Source: Marsupella aquatica
Lineage: Eukaryota > Plantae > Marchantiophyta
DNA: 64,000 bases
Assembly: GCA_973895155.1 (NCBI GenBank)
Contig: OZ316893.1
Span: 13,842,359-13,906,358, forward strand
Reading direction: 5' to 3'
Shown here: one piece after another, positions 13,231 to 23,550 of the stretch
Layout of the letters: each line of letters opens with the position of its first letter
Position numbering within the stretch: the first letter of the stretch is position 1
Position numbers and translations under genes: made by a program
The notes under the pieces: model-generated
What the model saw: only the letters and a program-made list of their open reading frames with translations
Database searches by the model: none
Told to the model about the DNA's origin: nothing

Positions 13231-14427
13231 GCTGCAGCTACATCCATTCCACCACCAGGTGCTGCTGACATTTCACAGAGAGTTATTTCTCCTGAGCTGC
13301 TTGAGCATGTCACCTCCGGTATGGCACAAAGGATTCTTACAACTCCACTTTTCAGTTGCCATGATATATAGCTGGATGCTAGAGCTGTCATCAGAGCGCT
13401 AGAGGGCTCACTGCATTCTTCATCAGCCCCTGTGACACCGGTTTTGGAGGTCCAATCTCATGTACATACTGGACCTTCTTCTTCTCCATTACATGCTTCC
13501 ACTGGTTTGGCTATCCCAGTACCAATTTCCAGTGGTAGAGATGACAGTATTGCTGCAGATTGTGTGACCAAAGCTACACTGGATTCTGGTCATGCTGCTC
13601 CATCTTTCCTGGCTATGCTGTTGAGTGGGCAGACCGTGGACACTAACTCCCTTCACAAGGTACCTCATCATTTGCCAAAAGTGGTGCCTAGTGACAGGAC
13701 TTTAGTTTCCACCACCATTGCCATTGTTGACAACATGAATTCAGCGGTCAAGTTGGAGGGTCACACTCCTCAGGTGGTCATGCTAGACATAGGCACTCAA
13801 CCAGTGATATTGGGCATTCAGTTTGCCAAGAAGATGGGACTACTGACTGATCACTTACAGCAATCCTGGTGGCACATTCGGACTGCTAGTGGCACTGTGG
13901 AGGACGTGTTGGGTGAGAGTTCTACTTTACTCACTCTCACTTTTAATGGAGGTATAGATCAGGAACTGCATTTCCCAGTCAGATGTTTGGTTACGTATGA
14001 TGTGCTCATTGGCCAGGAGGCTTTGTTCCCACCAGGTTTTACCAGTGACAACTGGCATGAGCATGCATACTACAGAGTTGATTGGCATACTGATGGCTCA
14101 CACTTGGGCTACATTCCCCTTGATTTGCATGGTGCCCATACACCTATGGCTCACCACTATGTGTTGAAAGCAGTGCACACAGCTACCTATGTCAACCACC
14201 CATTGCAGGATTGGATTGAGGAGGATGATGATGAGGTGGCTGCTGCACGTATAGCAGCACTTTCCATCAGCGTGGATCATCAACCAGAGGTGGTATTATG
14301 GCTCCAAGCAGCCCATGGACCTTTGGTGGCTGCATTACGCAAATTTGAGGACCTTGGGCAGCACAATGGACAACCGATAGCCCCAATCTTGAGCGCATCA
14401 GTTACATGGACTCCTCCTTCGGATGGC
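13231..14427 (+). pseudogene. Aspartic protease region of element A pol
   Basis: VVMLDIGTQPVILG (degenerate LD[T/S]G[A/S]) near 13780 and YDVLIGQEAL. Same frame as the downstream DNMT domain; one TAG near 13369. Confidence 0.75.
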
Positions 14428-15365
14428 CTTACATTGCTTGAGCTTTTTGGTGGCATTTCTATAGGCCTGGAAGCTCTCCTACAGTCTGGCATGGTGGTGA
14501 AGTAGTACATCTACGTGGACATTGATCCAGGTGCAAGGCACGTGGCTGAATCCCGTTTGCTAGAATTTTCAAAGCGATTTCCCCAGCAGTTTCCACATAG
14601 TGCATGGAAGTCTGCATTTTCTTTCTTCCCTCCAGATATCCAGCTTGTCCAGCACCGACACTTAACCCTTCTTGGCTCCCTTGATTTGATCATAGCTGGT
14701 TGGGAATGCCAAGGGTTTTCAGCTGCTGGTCACGGTGCTGGATTGCATGATTTTCGTTCTGGCCTTTTCACAGCATTGGTTCAGATTCTCACCTGGGCTC
14801 AATCCCTTTATCCTGCTGTTGGTTATATCATTGAGAATACTCCATCTCAGTTTGACCAGCGTCCACAGGTCAAAGAGGATTTCAGTGTGGTCCAGCACTA
14901 CTTGGGACCACCCCTTCTCATTGATGCAGTGCACTGTGGTTCTTATGCACATCATCTTTGTAACTTTTGGACTAACCTTGCACCACCTTCCTTGTTGGAG
15001 TTAGCTCTTCACCACACATCCAGGGACACTAACCTCATAGTGGACCAGATTTTGGATCCTAACAGTTCTTGCCAACCAATTACACGGCAAGAGCCAGCAC
15101 CTTGGTATCCAGCCAATACCATTGGACAGCCTCGTGCTACTTGGCCTACATTTGTGTCCTTTCCAGGTGCACATGCTTTTCAGGGTGATGGTCCTGGCCT
15201 AGTTTATCGACATTCTACCGGTACATGGGATGAACCTAGTCCTGAGGAGAGAGAGCGGGCTATGGGCTTCCAACCCGGTACTACAGGTCACACCAAAATC
15301 ACCAGGCTGGCCAGGAATGCTTTACTTGGCAGGGTAATGGATCTTCATGCTCTCACTTGGCTTCT
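14428..15365 (+). pseudogene. C5-cytosine DNA methyltransferase domain embedded in the retroelement pol
   Basis: Motif I LLELFGGI; motif II YVDID; motif IV DLIIAGWECQGFSAAG (Cys at 14707); RSGLF; motif VI YIIEN; motif VIII-like AHHLCNFWTNL; motif IX ERERAMGF; motif X LLGRVMD. One in-frame TAG at 14503. Confidence 0.9.
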
Positions 15366-17521
15366 GGTCACTTGCATCTTTTTCAGATGTACATTCATCC
15401 AGCATCAGGAGTTCCAGCCCTACCACTCCATGGTGCTGCTACATGGCATCCAGACCAGGTGCACTTACCTCTATTCAACACTCACCGCTTCAGTCCAAGT
15501 GTTGGGGGGGAGGAGGTCCCTTGTAATGTGGCTGACATTATTTCTGAGTTTCATGGTGTGGATCAGACCAGAGCAACAGATACAACAGGCCTTGGAGAGG
15601 CCTCATCACCTTATCAGCAGCATGCTAGCAGCTTGGGTGGAGAGGCTGGCACTTCTGGCTCTTCAAGCACGAGTACATCAGGTCCTATTCCTAGTGTTGC
15701 CAACTACACATTCATCATGGGCAACCACCTGAGTAAAAGACAGAAGGACCAGCTGCTGAATTTGCTCCTCAAGCATGAGAATGTGTTTGCTTTCTCTACG
15801 AAGGACTTGGGTAAGTGCAAGACTATGCAGTTCTCCATTGAGTTGGCTGATGAAACACCTATCTTTAGGCGGAGACACCGTTTGAGTAAGCATGAGTGGC
15901 AACTGGTGGATGAGAGGTGCCAAGAGCTCTATGAAGCTGGTCTTATTCAGCCATCTACATCAGATTGTGCAGCAGCTACAGTGATGCCAACAAAGAAGGA
16001 TTCTAGTGGATTGTGGATAGAGAAGCGCATGTGTGGGGACTACAGGCCACTGAACTTGGTCACACCCCAGGACAGGTACCCCATGCCACGGCCAGAGGAG
16101 CTATTTGACAGCATTGGAGACTCAGACATCTTCACTCTTGTGGATCTAAGGCAAGGCTTTAACCAGATTTTGCTGCTTGCAAAGGACCCCAAGAAAACAG
16201 CTTTCCATGGCAGTAACCAACTATGGGAGTGGTTGGTGATGCCATTTGGCTTGAAGAATGCGCCCATATTCTTTCAAAGAGTCATGGACCAGGTTCTTCA
16301 AGGTGCTGAGTTTCTGAAATGCTACATTGATGATGTGTTGGTCCACAACAAAGGATTTGACCAGCATCTACTTGACCTTGAGGAGCTATTCATGAGGCTT
16401 AAGAAGGTGAACCTAAAGATACACCCCAAGAAGTGTGAATTTGCTGTCAGATCAGTAGTATACCTTGGGCACCACATTCTTCCAAATGGAACCATGGCTC
16501 TCTGGGCCAAGGTGGTATCCATCTTGGAAATGCCCACTCCTACCGATGTTCACACTTTGAGGAGTTTTATTGGGTTGTGCAATTACTACCGGATCTACAT
16601 CAAAGATTTCAGCACCATTGCACACCCATTGTATGCTTTGTTGAAAAAGAATGTGACTTGGACATGGAGTACAGATGCTGAGGCAGCATTTGCCACTTTG
16701 AAGGAGAAGCTCTCAGAATACCCGGTGCTGAGAAGACCTGATTTCAGCAAGGTCTTTGTGCTACACACAAATTGGAGTGCCCTTGGGATTGGTGCCATTT
16801 TGGGCCAGCATGATGAGGAAGGTAAAGAGTACGTCATTGCCTATGCATCCAGGAGCAACAATCAGGCGGAGAGTCATTATTCTTCGTATAAGGGTGAATG
16901 CCTTGCTGTTGTGTGGGCTGTCATACATTACAGGCCCTACCTCTATGGGACCAGGTTTGCCCTCTACACCGACCACCAGCCCTTGAAGTGGTTGATGACC
17001 AACGACAAGCTTACTGGCAAGCTTGCTAGTTGGGCGCTCATACTCCAGGAGTATGATTTTGAGGTAATTCATAGGCCTGGTGTGACACATCAAAATGCTG
17101 ACACTATGTCCCGCAGCCCTTTGATTGCCTCTGATGATTCCTCAGATGCACGACAGGATTTTGACCAGGTTTCCATCCTGCCTACATTTCATGCATCTAC
17201 CTATCTTGCTTTGCTGCCATGCTACGTTGTTGACCAACTTGTGGTGGACATATGGGAGGACAACGACACTCTGAGATTTTTGCAGCATGGGGAGTACCCC
17301 ATACATGTTACTGCTGCCCAGAGAGACCAAATTCAGCAAAGGTCCAAGCGTTACTTGTGGAAGGGAGATAATCTCGTGCGCTACTTGCCAGACAGGGAAG
17401 TGGTGGTTCCACCCATTCATGAGAGGGTTGGCCTTATCCGTAAGGTACATTCTGAGCTTGGTCATTTTGGCGTTAAGAGGACTTACAGCCTCTTGGTCCC
17501 TCATTATCATTGGAGAGGCAT
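15357..17521 (+). pseudogene. pol: RT, RNase H and integrase N-terminal zinc-binding region of element A
   Basis: RMCGDYRPLN, DLRQGFNQI, VMPFGLKNAP, YIDDVL, YLGH; RNase H VLHTNWS...ECLAVVWA...YTDHQPL; HSELGHFG. Cut at WRG|MHG by element B. A 1-bp deletion near 15378 separates it from the DNMT frame; copy 2 (ORF 33705-33896, LVTCILFQMYIHP) is in frame there. Confidence 0.93.
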
Positions 17522-20500
17522 TGTGATGCCTAGACAGGAATCACTCGGCCGGTTAAGTGGGTAAAGCAGGAAGGCACCCTAGGAACACCTTAGTATAGTG
17601 ACAAAACAAGGAAAATATAAACAATTAGGGGCAACCATGGAACCCGGGCAGAGGCCGGAGGTAAGGCTGAGGGTGAAAACCCGATTAGGGTTAGGGCGCG
17701 TTAAGCGTCGGCGGCTAGGAAGGATCAACGGGAAGAAGGACCGGCAGAGGAGAGGGGTAAGGAGCGCTTGCAGGAGATGGTGGCTCATTTGCGAGCACGA
17801 ACTAGGCAGACGACTACGGGAGGCCAACTACTGTCAGCTGCTTAGGCAAGCACTCGGGGAGAGAGTAGATACCGACGATCAACCTAAGGAGGGTATGAGC
17901 AACGTCAATCAAGCGGCACATTTCTGGGGATGCCTGTTCGAATGGGCAACTGAGTACATCAAGACTTACGAGGACGAGGAGTCAGAAAGGGCAGCTCGAG
18001 AACGGCAGGAGCTCGCTCGATTGTGGGAGCTGCAGAAGACGGCTTTCTTAGGAGGCAAACTCATCAAGGACGAGTTCCTGTGGACGCCTACTTCCAATCA
18101 ACTCGACGATCTTCTGTTTTGCAAAGACAGCGTCGTCGGCATCCGAGAGGCCATCAAGAACTGCAACGACATACACTGGGAATTAAAGGGTAGCACGGAA
18201 AGGTGGACCCGGGCAACGGTGCTAGGAGAAACCTCCACGGCAGCAGAGATGAAGAGGAAGGGAGCCGTCAACGATGAAGCCACCCCGGCAAAAAGAACGA
18301 GGTCGGCGGCACCAAAGAAGCCAGCCGAGCAGCAGAGCAGGAGGCAGGGAGAAGCCGAAGAGGAGGAGGTCGATCCCATCAAGGCCATTCCAACCAAGGA
18401 TGACACCTGGAAGGGCTGGGCGGCAACCCTACCGGTGGAGGTGCAACTACATTTTGCACGGGAGGAGGATGCATGCTTTACGGCCATGCAGACCAAGAAG
18501 TACCAAGGCTTCATGGCCGGATCCGGCTTGGAGGCCTTTGTAAGATTACCATGGCTGAAGCCGGAGGTACCGGAGTCAGACCTATTAGAATTCGTGGGGT
18601 CATGGGAACCCGAGACCAATTGCACGAGGATATATGGGAAGGATTTCTATCTTACTCCCAAGGTGATTGCCGAAGTGTTTGGCTTGCCGATGGGCAATAA
18701 GACCAAAGTTGATACCAGGAAGACCTTGCCTGACAAGGAGTTCCGGTCGTTCCCCGGGCCATCAACGAAGAATGGCTTCTTCCGGAACACCTGCACCAAC
18801 CCGCACATAGGAGAGATGATCGACTTCTTGCGGGTGACCATGCATTGTAACTTGCCGAGGGCAGAGATCGGCAAGGCACAGGTCTATCTGGCAGAAAGGC
18901 CAGACCCAAGCCGGGACTACAACGGGTACCTCCTCAACCAATTGAAGAAGATCTTAAAGGAGGAGCAGCAGGTAATCGGCATGGGGAGCGTGTCGCGGCT
19001 TGGCTATCACATACCGCTGTTGTGCCGGTATGCCAGAGGTCAGACTTTTGCCCCGGTACTTCCCCTGCAGGTAAGGGCACCCGAGGAAGCTCCAACGCCG
19101 AGGCCGTTGGCTGAGAAGCCTCAACCACCTGTTAGTCCTACGATCGAGCAGGTGTTTAGGCCCAGGAAGGAAGACTTGCCGATGCAGCAACCAGGCATGC
19201 AGAGTCTGCTGAAACTACTGGAGAAAGAAAAGAAATCGGCATCGGCAACAACAACGGCAACGGCAACAATGCAGGACACTACTACAGAGGTAGGCCTACA
19301 CCGGCTCACAAGAGAAAACCCCTTTGCTGGAGACAAGGAGAGAATCAGGCCGGAATCCAAGCCAGGTATTCGAATGTACGTGGGAACCTCAAGCTCCGAA
19401 TCTGAGGCAGAATTGCCTGAAGCTCCTACCGACGAAGAGGAGAGGGAGAAGCCGGAAATCCAAGAGGTAGAGGAGGCAGTGGAGGACTGCAGCCATGATA
19501 ATTCCGGCTATGGGTCGGACCATCACGTTCCAGGAGTAAGGACCTGTGGCCGGTTTGTCCCCACACTTCCAAGGGTAGTGCGAGGGGACCCCAACCAGCA
19601 GAGTAGCCCTGAGTCTCCCCCACCAGATGTTGCTCCCCCGAGCTTCGACGGCATAAAACAGACGGTGCAGGAATTTCAGGAGCGAATCAAGCAGGAGGAA
19701 GAGGCCGCCCTGGCTAAGGAAAAGGATTTACCAGGAGGAGATTGGCCGGAGGACATCAGGCGGCTAGCCGAAAAAGGAAGCAAACCTCTAGCCACGATTG
19801 AAGAGATCCGCAGGACGGCTTGGGAGCAGAGGCCACGATGGGCGATGCCGATCACTTCTACTTACTCCACCTACGCTAAGAATAGAGCCATGGAGTATGG
19901 TGAGATGTGTGGGGAACTTGCGCTCGGCATCTTTGGAGAGGAGTTGGAGGTAGGACCCTTTTTTCATAGGGAGCAGTTGGAGAAGCACCAATTAGAAGAA
20001 GCGGTGGCTTTAGAGAGAAGCAAGAAGGACGAGGTCATTCGGCGGCTTAGGAGGATGGAAGCCGAGATTGAAGATCTAAGGGCGGCCAAGAAAGCCCAAG
20101 ATGAACTGCGGATTAAACGACATGAGCTGAACATCATGCAGGGGCAGTTGGACGCCGCGCAGGCTGATAATCAGAATATCAAGGATAAACTGACTCAGAC
20201 ACAGGAAGAGTTGGCCGACACGATCAAAGAAAGGGAAAAGTGGAAGCAAGAGCTGAAGAATACAGAGGAGGCCCACATAACAGCCAACAGCCGGGCCATG
20301 GCGGAGACCCAAAGAAAGGAGTGGGCGTTGAAAGGGGAGCTCGAGAAAATCCGCGGAGCCCTTGAGCAGAAGGAGGTCGAGTTAGGGAAATCCTATCAAG
20401 GGATTATGGCGCTGCAGCAGGAGCTTGCGTCCCTGACGGCCAGCTTCAAGGCCGACCTAAGGGAGAAGGACGAGATGCTCGAACAGACTTACGCCAAGAT

Positions 20501-22157
20501 GAACCAGATGGAGTCTGTCATCATTGCAGAGCTCGACAAGGAGCTAAGAGCAACCCAGGAGGAGAAGGCTACCTTGAAGAAGGAATTGGAGGAAGCCCAC
20601 AGGGAGCAGGAGGAGGCCAAAAACGAGCTGGAGGGGGCACGTAAGGACCTGGATGAAACCCAAGAGGAGTTGGAGGAAATCACGAGGAAGATGGAGAACC
20701 TACAGCGGCGGGCCGACAACCAAACAGAGCGGCTGAAGAAACAAGCCGCAGTATTTAAATGCTTAGCTGCAGCAGGTCCATCTCCTGTTGGGACAAACCA
20801 GTTACCAGGGGTGGTAATTGCCGAAGGACAAGCCGCGCCACCTGCACCAGTGCCGGAGGTAAGTGGGAAGGGGAAGGGACCAGCTGCCGAGCCACCAACG
20901 AAGAAGAAGCGGAAACCTTCAGGGTCAAGGAGTAATACGACTTCACAGGCCGTGGTGATCAAGGAGGTAGACCTAGCACCGACCCCAGACAGGGTCACGG
21001 CTAAGGATCCAACTCCCCTAGGGGAAGGGGAAGCCGAAGCCGTGGGAGTGGCTGAGGCCGAAGCCGTGGGTATTGCCGAGGCCGGTGTCGAGGCTGAAGC
21101 CGAAGGTGGACCCAGTCAGGCCGATGGAGAGTTGACTCGGTCAAGGGCAGGTAATCTGTCAGTAGGCGGGCCAACGGCAGTGGCTGAGGAGGAAGTATTG
21201 GGGGCATCCATTGAGGATCCACCACCGGTGTCGTGACGGTGCAAGGGCGCCGTTCCTTTTAGGGAGGGCGGACGTGGAGGGAGGAGGCGTGAGTGGGCAG
21301 GGCGGGCACGGATCTCCACGTTTAGGATTAGGATCAGAACCAAGAGCGGCCCTGACACTTAGCTTAGTGGGATTGCGGTCCCACTGGTAGGAGCAACACT
21401 TGTGCTCCTGCCTTGCTGTACATAGGTAGATTCGGGCAAGTAGATTACTGTTAAGTAGATTAGGCTTACGATGCAAAGAAGGGCGGATCCACTACCAGGA
21501 TAAGTACCTGGGCAGCGGGGAGCTCAGGGCCTCTTCTTTAGCAAGTTTTTAGTTTGCACCAGCCGGGCTGGGATCAAGTAGTACGAGAAGCTCTCGGTTA
21601 GTCATACAGTGACCCTTGTGTATATTCATGTTTCCTCATGCCTAAGAGCTGAATAGAGTTGGCCTCACGGCTTAGTTCGCAGAACTTGTGTATGAGATGT
21701 ACTGTTTGTATGGCAAGTGCATGGTATGACTCAGTCATAATGAGTCATTTTGCTATTTGTGTGTCGCATTAACTTGTGTGAAGAGTGCCCACATCAACAG
21801 AAGGAAGGAAAGTAAGCAGGGGAGTGAGAGTTGGATGTGTCGAGCTGAGAGAGGTCTTAGCGGCTTAACCAAGCCTATTGGGGATCATTCCGGCGGCGGA
21901 ATCCAAACATACCTAACAAGACGGAGGGGAAGACAGGGGAAGACAGGGGAAGGCCTATATTAGGCCGGCTACGTATCTCATGACCCGATGAAGGATCTGT
22001 CCAGTATATGTGTGTAAAATGTTAATAGTAGTAGTAGAAGGTTAGCAGCGTCCCATGCCGCTAAGCCGCGGAAACGGCCTCGCCAAGCACGAAACCTGCG
22101 GGAATCGGCTTGAGCTGGGGGGTTTCTTGGGTTTAGGGAGCCATGGGACGCACCACA
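17522..22157 (+). mobile_element. Element B copy 1: 4636-bp TG..CA unit with a single large ORF (giant solo LTR or LTR-less passenger)
   Basis: Ends TGTGATGC...GCACCACA; 5-bp TSD GGCAT (17517-17521 / 22158-22162). The empty site is visible in copy 2 of element A (TGGAGAGGCAGGCATGGCC, ~36183). Confidence 0.92.
17637..21236 (+). CDS. ~1200-aa protein: region resembling plant retrotransposon accessory (PMD/Transposase_32-like) domains, acidic linker, long coiled coil
   Basis: Uninterrupted ORF. ATG-GAA-CC (MEP) start is conserved in copy 2 (40790, minus). Motif LLEFVGSW...IYGKDFYLTPKVIAEVFGLP; E/K/Q-rich heptads ~20000-20740. The domain assignment is a resemblance only. Confidence 0.8.
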   Translation: MEPGQRPEVRLRVKTRLGLGRVKRRRLGRINGKKDRQRRGVRSACRRWWLICEHELGRRLREANYCQLLRQALGERVDTDDQPKEGMSNVNQAAHFWGCLFEWATEYIKTYEDEESERAARERQELARLWELQKTAFLGGKLIKDEFLWTPTSNQLDDLLFCKDSVVGIREAIKNCNDIHWELKGSTERWTRATVLGETSTAAEMKRKGAVNDEATPAKRTRSAAPKKPAEQQSRRQGEAEEEEVDPIKAIPTKDDTWKGWAATLPVEVQLHFAREEDACFTAMQTKKYQGFMAGSGLEAFVRLPWLKPEVPESDLLEFVGSWEPETNCTRIYGKDFYLTPKVIAEVFGLPMGNKTKVDTRKTLPDKEFRSFPGPSTKNGFFRNTCTNPHIGEMIDFLRVTMHCNLPRAEIGKAQVYLAERPDPSRDYNGYLLNQLKKILKEEQQVIGMGSVSRLGYHIPLLCRYARGQTFAPVLPLQVRAPEEAPTPRPLAEKPQPPVSPTIEQVFRPRKEDLPMQQPGMQSLLKLLEKEKKSASATTTATATMQDTTTEVGLHRLTRENPFAGDKERIRPESKPGIRMYVGTSSSESEAELPEAPTDEEEREKPEIQEVEEAVEDCSHDNSGYGSDHHVPGVRTCGRFVPTLPRVVRGDPNQQSSPESPPPDVAPPSFDGIKQTVQEFQERIKQEEEAALAKEKDLPGGDWPEDIRRLAEKGSKPLATIEEIRRTAWEQRPRWAMPITSTYSTYAKNRAMEYGEMCGELALGIFGEELEVGPFFHREQLEKHQLEEAVALERSKKDEVIRRLRRMEAEIEDLRAAKKAQDELRIKRHELNIMQGQLDAAQADNQNIKDKLTQTQEELADTIKEREKWKQELKNTEEAHITANSRAMAETQRKEWALKGELEKIRGALEQKEVELGKSYQGIMALQQELASLTASFKADLREKDEMLEQTYAKMNQMESVIIAELDKELRATQEEKATLKKELEEAHREQEEAKNELEGARKDLDETQEELEEITRKMENLQRRADNQTERLKKQAAVFKCLAAAGPSPVGTNQLPGVVIAEGQAAPPAPVPEVSGKGKGPAAEPPTKKKRKPSGSRSNTTSQAVVIKEVDLAPTPDRVTAKDPTPLGEGEAEAVGVAEAEAVGIAEAGVEAEAEGGPSQADGELTRSRAGNLSVGGPTAVAEEEVLGASIEDPPPVS

Positions 22158-22162
22158 GGCAT

Positions 22163-23335
22163 GCATGGCCAGGTTCGAGATGTTATTGCCCGGTGTAAAC
22201 AGTGTGATAGGGTGAGGACTTCTTTCACATCTCGGCAACCCACATTCATCCACTCCCTATTCAGGGCATGTTTTATTGCTGGTCATGTGATTTGGCTGGA
22301 GAATTACCCCTCACGTCTCGGGGTAATCTCTACATCATGATCATGATAGAGCATTTCTCCAAGTGGATAGAACTTGTGGCATTGCCGGATAAGACCTCCT
22401 GTAGCACCAGCCAGGCATTCCTGCAACAAGTTCTCAGTCGCTTTGGAGTTTGTGCAGAATGTCTCACTGACCAGGGCTCAGAGTTTAGAGGAGAGTTCCA
22501 AGAGCTGCTTGATCAGGCCCTCATTGATCATCGTCGGACATCACGAGATCACCCACAAGCAGATGGCTTGGCAGAGCGCATGGTTCAGACATGCAAGAAG
22601 GGTCTCCGGAAGATTTGCCTCACCAAAAACAAGGAGGATTGGGACCTGGCCTTACCCTACATTGCCATGGGGTATAGGATGTCCAGACATGCATCACTGT
22701 CTAACTTTTCTCCCTACTTCTTGTTGTTTGGTCGTCACCCAGTTCCACCTTCTGCTATTGCTGCTCACATGCTTCAGGTGGTAGACTTGGATTCAGCTGT
22801 GACTTGGTCTGATGTGATCTCTGAGAGGGCTGCCCTATTCAGGAGGGTTATGCCCATGGCCATGGAGAATTTGGCCATTGCACAACACAGGGACACACTG
22901 CGTTATGCACACACACGAGGGGGCACTTTTCAGCCGAAGGTCAGGAGGTTTGATGTGGGAGATTTTGTGTACTTGCAGCGGCAAGCTAACAACACCCTGG
23001 ACACCTCTACCAGTCGTACTATTCTCAGGGTTAAAGCTATTCGACCGTCTGGAGTGCTAGAGTTACAAGGGGCAGATGGGCGCATAATTGCTGACAATGC
23101 CAAGAATTGCGCCCCTTGTCATCTGCCTAACCTGGATCCCACCATTGTGACTTCTACTTGGATTCCACCTATGGACTACCCTTGCAAAGTGTGTTTGCGA
23201 ATTGATGATGCTGACCAGATGCTGCTGTGTGACAATTGCAATGGAGGGTACCATCTTTTCTGCCTTCGGCCTGAACTTACCCAGATGCCAGAAGGGTTAT
23301 GGTTTTGCCCTTCCTGTGCTCCACGTGCTACCTGA
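22163..23335 (+). pseudogene. Integrase core and C-terminal PHD finger of element A
   Basis: CKQC, WSCDLAG, IEHFSKWIE, LTDQGSEF, DGLAERMVQT, FSPYFLLFGR. C4HC3 PHD CKVC..MLLCDNCNGGYHLFCL..WFCPSC at 23183-23317. Frameshift near 22245. Confidence 0.92.
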
Positions 23336-23367
23336 ATTTTCTTCAGCCCTCCTTTTGGCTGTGGTCT

Positions 23368-23550
23368 GGGGGGGATACATAGGTTTACACCTCCACTACG
23401 TACATACCACTTCATTTGCTTTTTCTTGGCACTTGTGAATGTGATTGGACTTTTTCTATGCATGTTGGTTGCTAGCAGCTTGCACATATGCCTTGCCGGT
23501 GACTTATATGTTTTCGATACACTATGGCTACGATACTATATGTCACGACA
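23368..23550 (+). repeat. G7 PPT-like tract (23368-23374) and terminal segment B (23375-23550)
   Basis: Segment B is homologous to 37151-37326 and 37685-37861 and ends TGTCACGACA. Confidence 0.85.

Larger units (their letters stand above)
9534..23550 (+). mobile_element. Element A copy 1: Ty3/Gypsy-related retroelement without LTRs, encoding Gag-PR-DNMT-RT-RH-IN-PHD; interrupted by element B
   Basis: Ends TGTCATG...CACGACA (imperfect 7-bp TIR). 4-bp TSD AGCC (9530-9533 / 23551-23554). Domain order is PR-RT-RH-IN. The two ends are not direct repeats of each other. Confidence 0.92.

Noticed and set aside
14428-15365. Host DNMT3/DRM gene or bacterial restriction-modification methylase contamination
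   Set aside because: It is intronless, in frame within a retroelement pol and present in both element copies. The motif order is not DRM-permuted and there is no bacterial gene context.
17598-21236. Host SMC/myosin-like gene or an env gene
   Set aside because: No ATPase motifs and no clear signal peptide or transmembrane segment. It is bounded by TG..CA ends and a TSD, and it interrupts an integrase.
9534-23550. DIRS/Ngaro-type tyrosine-recombinase retroelement, suggested by the split repeats and a methyltransferase
   Set aside because: It encodes a protease and a DDE integrase and has a TSD. No YR motifs were seen, and the MTase is C5-type rather than the adenine type found in DIRS.
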